Below, in pieces: positions 41,958-48,943 of a stretch of 48,943 bases of DNA. A program made the translations under genes and the position numbers. The stretch lies in contig CAJNYD010000550.1 in NCBI GenBank assembly GCA_905331295.1, positions 1-48,943 of the forward strand, given 5' to 3'. The stretch comes from Rotaria socialis (lineage: Eukaryota). The notes beneath the pieces were generated by a model. It made no database searches. It was not told the DNA's origin and saw only the letters and a list, made by a program, of their open reading frames with translations. Each line of letters begins with the position of its first letter. The first letter of the stretch is position 1.

Positions 41958-42062
41958 TTTATATATGACGAATGACGATGCACAGGAATCGACCAATAGG
42001 AAATCAAAAATTGTGCGTTCCTATTGGTTGAAAAAAGTTGTCGTTGAACTGGTCTATATAAA
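41958..42062. promoter_or_regulatory. Symmetric bidirectional histone-type promoter (TATA - CCAAT - ATTGG - TATA)
   Basis: TATATAAA on minus (41965-41958) and plus (42055-42062); CCAAT 41993-41997 and ATTGG 42023-42027 lie inside an 11 bp inverted repeat. Confidence 0.8.
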
Positions 42063-42135
42063 TGTAGACAGCTACTTCCTTCACTCTTATAACTACATAA
42101 ATTTCTATCGTTTACTCGATTGATACTTATTCGCT

Positions 42136-42581
<446 letters not shown>

Positions 42582-42651
42582 ATTGATGGCTAGTACAGAG
42601 AAGATCAACACCTATCTCAAATTAATATCGAAAATATACTAAAAACCCAAC

Positions 42652-42667
42652 AGCCCTCTTTAGGGCT
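42652..42667 (+). terminator. Histone mRNA 3' stem-loop of H2B (AGCCCT-CTTT-AGGGCT)
   Basis: 6 bp stem and 4 nt loop preceded by AAACCCAAC, 70 nt after the stop; identical in H3 and H4. Confidence 0.92.
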
Positions 42668-43442
42668 ATTACAGTATATATTTGAAAATTATGGAATCGC
42701 GCCTAACATCTTGAATTTGTTGTCTCGTTTAAATAAATGTAGTGTGCATATGTAATCGAGCATTTTCTGTCGAATTAATAATAGATAAACCATTTTTCTG
42801 GGAATTTATTCACGTGAATTTTGCAGACACAACTGGTCTTCGCTAATCTTTTGGTACTCGAAATTTTGTTTGTCGATTACGAAATTCAGATTCGTTGATA
42901 TCGTTCATATTTGAGAATAGCTATTGTTCAATGCTTATCAAATAGAATTCGTTCGAAGTTACGAAATTTCTAGGATAAATTTAGTTTAATATTTTTCATA
43001 AAAACAAATATCTAATTGATTTATTTTTTTTCAAAAGACAGATGTACTTTCGTCACATACCTTTCTCTATCGATTCCACAATCAAATTAACCTTATTACT
43101 ACGAAGTATGACTTAGTTTTAGAGAAAAACATCATCTCATATCGTGCATGAAACATTCATTTAAACTTCGAAAGCGATTTGCTCAATCGTTTCAAACACA
43201 CATTTTATCCAAGTATAGATGTGTATTCACACCGAATTTGCGATTCTTGACAAAGTCGAAAGACAAATAAATTAACACCTTCGTCATGTCTGATAAATTT
43301 GTCATTTACATCATCCAAGACAGACAACAGTTTCACGGGTTCATTCTCAAAGTTCACAATGTAGTAGATTTAGAAAAAATTGAGGTTAGCATTCAGTTTT
43401 GTGTTCTGTGCGAGATCATAAATTTAAAAAATAGAATATTGT

Positions 43443-43458
43443 AGCCCTAAAGAGGGCT
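43443..43458 (-). terminator. Histone mRNA 3' stem-loop of H3
   Basis: Minus strand AAAACCCAAC-AGCCCT-CTTT-AGGGCT-ACAA downstream of the H3 stop. Confidence 0.92.
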
Positions 43459-43536
43459 GTTGGGTTTTAGTTTTTTAAGACTTTTTCTCGAGAGTGATGT
43501 TATTCATCTTAAGCATGTTTTCATCGTTAAATTTAT

Positions 43537-44005
<469 letters not shown>

Positions 44006-44089
44006 TTATATTTGTTTGAATATAAACGTGTGAATGAGAGCGATGAAATGTTTCTATAACGAATACAGAAACGCAAGAAATCGAACGCT

Positions 44090-44218
44090 TTTTATAAACA
44101 AGACGGTCAGCCACGTATTATTGGTTCAGTAACACGATTACTAATTGACCAATGAACAACATGAGTCTTTGTTTGCTAAACCAACCAATCAGTAGATCTA
44201 TGTATGTAGACTATAAAA
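44090..44218. promoter_or_regulatory. Bidirectional H3/H4 promoter
   Basis: TATAAAA on minus (44096-44090), ATTGG 44120, CCAAT 44149 and 44185, and TATAAAA on plus (44212-44218), between divergent start codons. Confidence 0.8.
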
Positions 44219-44281
44219 ACGGTTGCTTAATTCATTACTAGCTTCATATTCATCGTCTTCTTCTTGTTTATTTACACTTAA

Positions 44282-44679
<398 letters not shown>

Positions 44680-44749
44680 GCGGTTTAAGTTCTTGCTGCT
44701 CAATCGAATGAAATGAATACCATCACTTTCTAATCATTATAAACCCAAC

Positions 44750-44765
44750 AGCCCTCTTTAGGGCT
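44750..44765 (+). terminator. Histone mRNA 3' stem-loop of H4
   Basis: AAACCCAAC-AGCCCT-CTTT-AGGGCT-ACCA, 70 nt after the stop. Confidence 0.92.
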
Positions 44766-45614
44766 ACCATTTTTCTTTTCTAAATTCAAATTTGTGGAAT
44801 CGTTTTGTTTAACCGATAGAATTTGCTGTTCGAATAGAAAATAGTTCACTAAACAAATGTGAACGTCATACGATACGAAATGCTTGTTAAAAGTCATTAT
44901 GAAACAAAAAATTGTGTACAATTGGTTGTAGCTAGACAGAATCTGTGCCAGTTGACTGAATTCCTTGCTGGTGCAGGAAGATTCTTGGCGCTAGAGAAAG
45001 TTCGATATGAAAGAGAACTTGTCGGATTCTGCATGATTGTAAAGAAATTAACTGTCCATGTATATGTAATAGAAAAAAAAAGATCACATCGAAGTCAGCC
45101 AACGATTATCCAGCAAAAGCGATGCACAATGAAGTGTTAAGTGAAAATTGGTGAGTTCGATAGACAGAAAAATGTTATTAATTTCTTACATGGAAAGATT
45201 CGTGCAATAAACGCCAATCGATAATATTAACAGAAAGTATTAGCTTCAATGGTATGCAATAAAAATATGTTTTATTAGGTGTTTCACTATAGCTTTCGAA
45301 GAGACGTCACGTAATTGAAATATGCTATGTGTCTGAAATGGCAGTTAGATTTCTTTGGTGTCATTTTCTCTATGATGAATTGAAGGTTCGATAGTTGTCT
45401 TATTATCGATGAAATTTGTATTCGCAACATTTGTTCTGAATTAGAAGTTCTCAAAGAAAATTAAAAAATTCAATTGTGAAATATTCGCCTCTGCTTATTT
45501 ATCAAAATTAGAAAAACAATTTTCTAAATACACGCAGCAAAAACGAAAGATTCTGAAATATATATATTCAAGTTGAATGAAGTCAAATGTTATGTGGTTT
45601 TTGTCAGTGATGAT

Positions 45615-47045
45615 TTATCGACGAGTTGTGCCACCAAAGCCTATTGAAAAAAGATTTATTTCAAGAAGAGATATAATTAAAATGGCTAACTATCTTACCA
45701 CTACTAGTATGAGTACCACTCGATGGTGAACTACTTCCATTGGTACTATTATTAGTTGTTCCACCACCACCTCCACCAAACCAGCCAGTATTTGTTGTAC
45801 GAGGTATATTTTGTGTATCGGGTCTAGAGAAAAAAAAACAATTGATTTTTACAAATAGGCTGATGTTATAATTTACCGTCGATTTCGAGCACCAAAAACA
45901 TAACCCCCTAAAGCACCAAGTGCAGCTCCAGTTAGAAAGCCTGTGCCACCAGTATTCTGTTGTCGATTAGCAGTACAATCTTCAAAATGAATTAAATGAA
46001 TAAGTCGAAGGGATTAAATGTTGGATTTACCTGGCCCAGTATTTCCATAATCTGTAAAATCCGTTCGAAAACCTGCTGGTGGTGGTTGTCCTGGTCGAGC
46101 ATTACCTCTTCCTGGTGCGCCACCAAAAAAGTTACCAAAACCACCGGTACCACCTGGGAAAAAATTGGAAAACCAACCACCGCCGCCACCACCTGTAGAA
46201 ACAAAAATCTTAAATTATTAGTGTCAATAAAAATTTTTAAGTTTACCTGGTGGGCGATGGTCAGGTCCAGCTGACATTGGTCTAGTACCACCTGTACGAT
46301 TATCACCCGCTAAAAACGATTTAATAGCAAAGAATACCAGAACGATAAGTGCAACTTTAAAAACAAATGGCCAAAATCTCGAATTTGATCTAAAAGAAGA
46401 AACTTGATAAATTGTAGATACGTATGTTAAAAATTATTTTTCAACATACGGTTGTGGAACATTTGATTGATTTGGATCAGAAAAACTTTTATCGGTTAAT
46501 TCAAGGTTGTATTCTAACTAAAATTAAAAAAAAATAAATGCTTTATTTCAGAAACGAAAGGAAAACGATTCAATTTACTCCACAAGATCCAGCTAGAATA
46601 TATGGATCATCTGGATATTCATATCCTTCACATGATACACTTAATCGTCCGAATTTATATTTCTTCGGCATTTCACTTGTGCATTCCCACTAGAAAGAAC
46701 AGTTGAAATCAATTTTAGCGTTACAAACTTCTAATCGCTTACTTGAATATCGACACCATTCGATCCGCGATTATAACATTGTACAACATCAGGCTCAAAG
46801 GCACCTTTTGCCGAGCCACCAACACATTTGAGTTGTGGAACAGCTGAGACTCGTCTTGCTTGGGTTCGTTGTCCTTTGTAAAGTGTTAATGCCTGGACAC
46901 TCTCGAGTAAAACACTTTTCTGTTGGTTACCGCCTAATAAAAAAAATCCGTTGATTTATTAAGGTTTGACTTCGTGTTTTTCTTTACCTTGAACACAATG
47001 CAAGGACAGATAACAAGTTATTGCTAATAAAGCTAAAATTTTCAT
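45615..47045 (-). CDS. SARAF: Store-operated calcium entry-associated regulatory factor (TMEM66), multi-exon; missed by the ORF track
   Basis: Signal peptide MKILALLAITCYL, then VLLESVQALTLYKGQRTQARRVSAVPQLKCVGG, VVQCYNRGSNGVDIQWEC, CEGYEYPDDPYILAGSCG, a TM helix, Pro/Gly tail, GFLTGAALGALGGYVFG and terminal GFGGTTRR*. Confidence 0.95.
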
Positions 47046-47260
47046 AGGAAATTTTTTTTGTTTTTATAATTTCAAATGAATGAGTAAAAGAAGACAAACT
47101 GCATTAGTATCACCACATCATCGTTACTTGGACGAATCAAAAAACACTAGTAGACCTCTAAAAGATGTTTTAACTTTTTCTGATTGGTAGAAAGAGACCA
47201 ATCTATTTTTTATGTTTAGTCGAACATCATATTTTTTCTTTTTTCTGCTGTGTTTGAAAG
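47046..47260. promoter_or_regulatory. Candidate bidirectional promoter between SARAF and the PH-RhoGAP gene
   Basis: Start codons 215 bp apart; inverted CCAAT pair GATTGGT (47182-47188) / ACCAATC (47197-47203). Confidence 0.6.
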
Positions 47261-48908
47261 ATGTCTAATTCCAAAGAAGGTAAAGTTCTACTTTAAACAG
47301 CCTTTTATATTGAAAATTCTACATAAGAGAAAAAAATTAGGTTGGCTGAAAATTAAGCTACACAATCACACGAAATGGCATCGTCGATTTTGTATTATTG
47401 ATTGGGATAAAGCCGTTTTATTTACAGCATCAAAAGCTGATACACGTTATAGTGATTGGATTCAACTTTTATCAACTATTACTATTAACGATTTTGAATA
47501 TTCTTTTCATAATGAGTCGAATAATAATTTAACCAATACTACAATTGAAATAGTTGCTGATAGTATGAATAATATGTGAGAAAAAATTAACTTCACATAT
47601 ATTTTATCTCGTTTTTAAAGATGGAAGAGCGGCACATTACTTACAAGCAGAAACAAAAAAAGATTGTGATAGTTGGCTATTAGCATTAAAGCAAGCTGCA
47701 TACAGTCGAGTTGGTGGTGGTAAGTTAGTTATTAAAAACAAAACAAAAAATTAGAATTTTTATACTAATCAAGTTGGATTTGATTCTTTCTGGTTTAGCA
47801 TTGCTTCCTCTTTTTTGTGTTCATGAGAAAACAAATTTTTGATAAACTACAATCAGGTACATTTGATTATTTTATCAAGCGTAAACTAAAAGAAATACTC
47901 TAGTATAGATTAGGGGTGGACCATTTAATTTAATGCGAGTACATTAACGGCGTTAATTAGCTAAAAGCGTTAGCCGTTAATATTAACCTATTAACGCTTT
48001 TAGCAAAACTGTTAACGTTAACTGAAACCGTTAATTTTAAATTAACGGAAACATACCACCCCTAGTATAGATTTCGTTTTTCTTTTTACATTTTTTTCCT
48101 AGCAAATAAATTGTAACATATACGTTGACAAGACTGATTTGCAGATTGGAATAGAAATTGATTCCTTTTTTTTTACAAACTACTATTTCATACAGAAACC
48201 TTTATGTTTCTAAGTAAATAATAAAAAAATATGTTAGCATAATATTGATTTCATTTAAGCCTATGAATCTAACTAAGAATTGAGTTAATGTGAAGTTGAT
48301 ACAAACTGATTTGTTAAATACATTTGTTACATAAGAAGAAATATTCCATTAAACAGAACAGAGAATACTATAATATTTTCAAAGAAGTTTTTATATGACT
48401 AAAATATTGTTCTTTTATCACTTATTAGATGAGAAAAAAAATCATCCGGTATTATCTAAAGAATAATTTCAAGTTTGAATTTTTTTCATGTCGTAGTATA
48501 AAGCTCAAAATTTAACTGTCACTTTTGCAATTTTATGTTTTCTTTGTAATATGTCATGATTTTTATTCCTGAAGGAAGTAGATTTCCATTGACAGAAAAT
48601 AATTAGTTAAACACAAGAAAGAGAGAGAGAGAGAGAGAGCAAATATAGCACTGTCATATATTTATCTGGAACCAACGATATCAATGATCAGATTAATGTG
48701 ATTTGATTTATTATGTTACATTTCTAAATTTTTTTCGAATATTTCGTAGAAATTTTTCATTTTCCTATTCTTATTTAGGTATTTTTGGTCAATCATTGGA
48801 AGATACATATAAATATTCTCGAGACAAAAATTCGCTTGTACCATTAATTGTCCGACAATGTTGTGATTATTTACTTGAACATGGTTTAACATTTGTTGGT
48901 TTATTTAG
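47261..48908 (+). CDS. PH-RhoGAP, ARHGAP22/24/25-like, 5' part only (exons 47261-47279, 47341-47562, 47621-47719, 48779-48908)
   Basis: Spliced MSNSKEGWLKIK...WHRRFCII (PH start), YLQAETKKDCDSWLLALK (PH end), then GGGIFGQSLEDT...VPLIVRQCCDYLLEHGLTFVGLFR (RhoGAP start). Runs off the window. Confidence 0.87.
47911..48064. mobile_element. Complete 154 bp hAT-type MITE in an intron
   Basis: TIRs TAGGGGTGG / CCACCCCTA; perfect 8 bp TSD GTATAGAT (47903-47910 and 48065-48072); many internal TTAACG/CGTTAA motifs. Confidence 0.92.
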
Positions 48909-48926
48909 GTAGTAAAAAGAATAATT

Positions 48927-48943
48927 CCCCCCCCCCCCCCCCC
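48927..48943. repeat. Poly-C run (17 nt) at the window end
   Basis: Direct reading; may be a sequencing or contig-end artefact. Confidence 0.7.

Noticed and set aside
42732..42737. AATAAA downstream of the H2B stem-loop as evidence of dual 3' ends
   Set aside because: Expected by chance at this AT content and not at a matching position in H3 or H4.

Overview
AT-rich eukaryotic genomic DNA with many short (mostly 50-75 nt) GT-AG introns. Composition, intron size and MITE types suggest a bdelloid rotifer; this is an inference. Most short ORFs in the supplied track are spurious or exon fragments, so gene models were rebuilt by hand from splice sites and frame continuity. Left to right: a cluster of transposon remnants (MITE end, deleted hAT, foldback element), a small ankyrin-like ORF, a class A GPCR, a SAMD3/BEN-like putative nuclear protein, an intermediate filament gene, a small N-acylated orphan protein and a DLC1/STARD13-type RhoGAP-START gene. 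A compact housekeeping block follows: RPS15A, CLPTM1, OSTM1, histones H2B/H3/H4, SARAF and the 5' part of an ARHGAP22/24/25-like gene carrying an intronic hAT MITE. The most notable region is the histone cluster. All three genes contain an intron yet end in an identical non-canonical 3' stem-loop (A-U basal pair, CUUU loop), followed by a shared downstream motif that is not a U7-type element. H2B sits on a mirror-symmetric bidirectional promoter whose H2A side has no intact gene.
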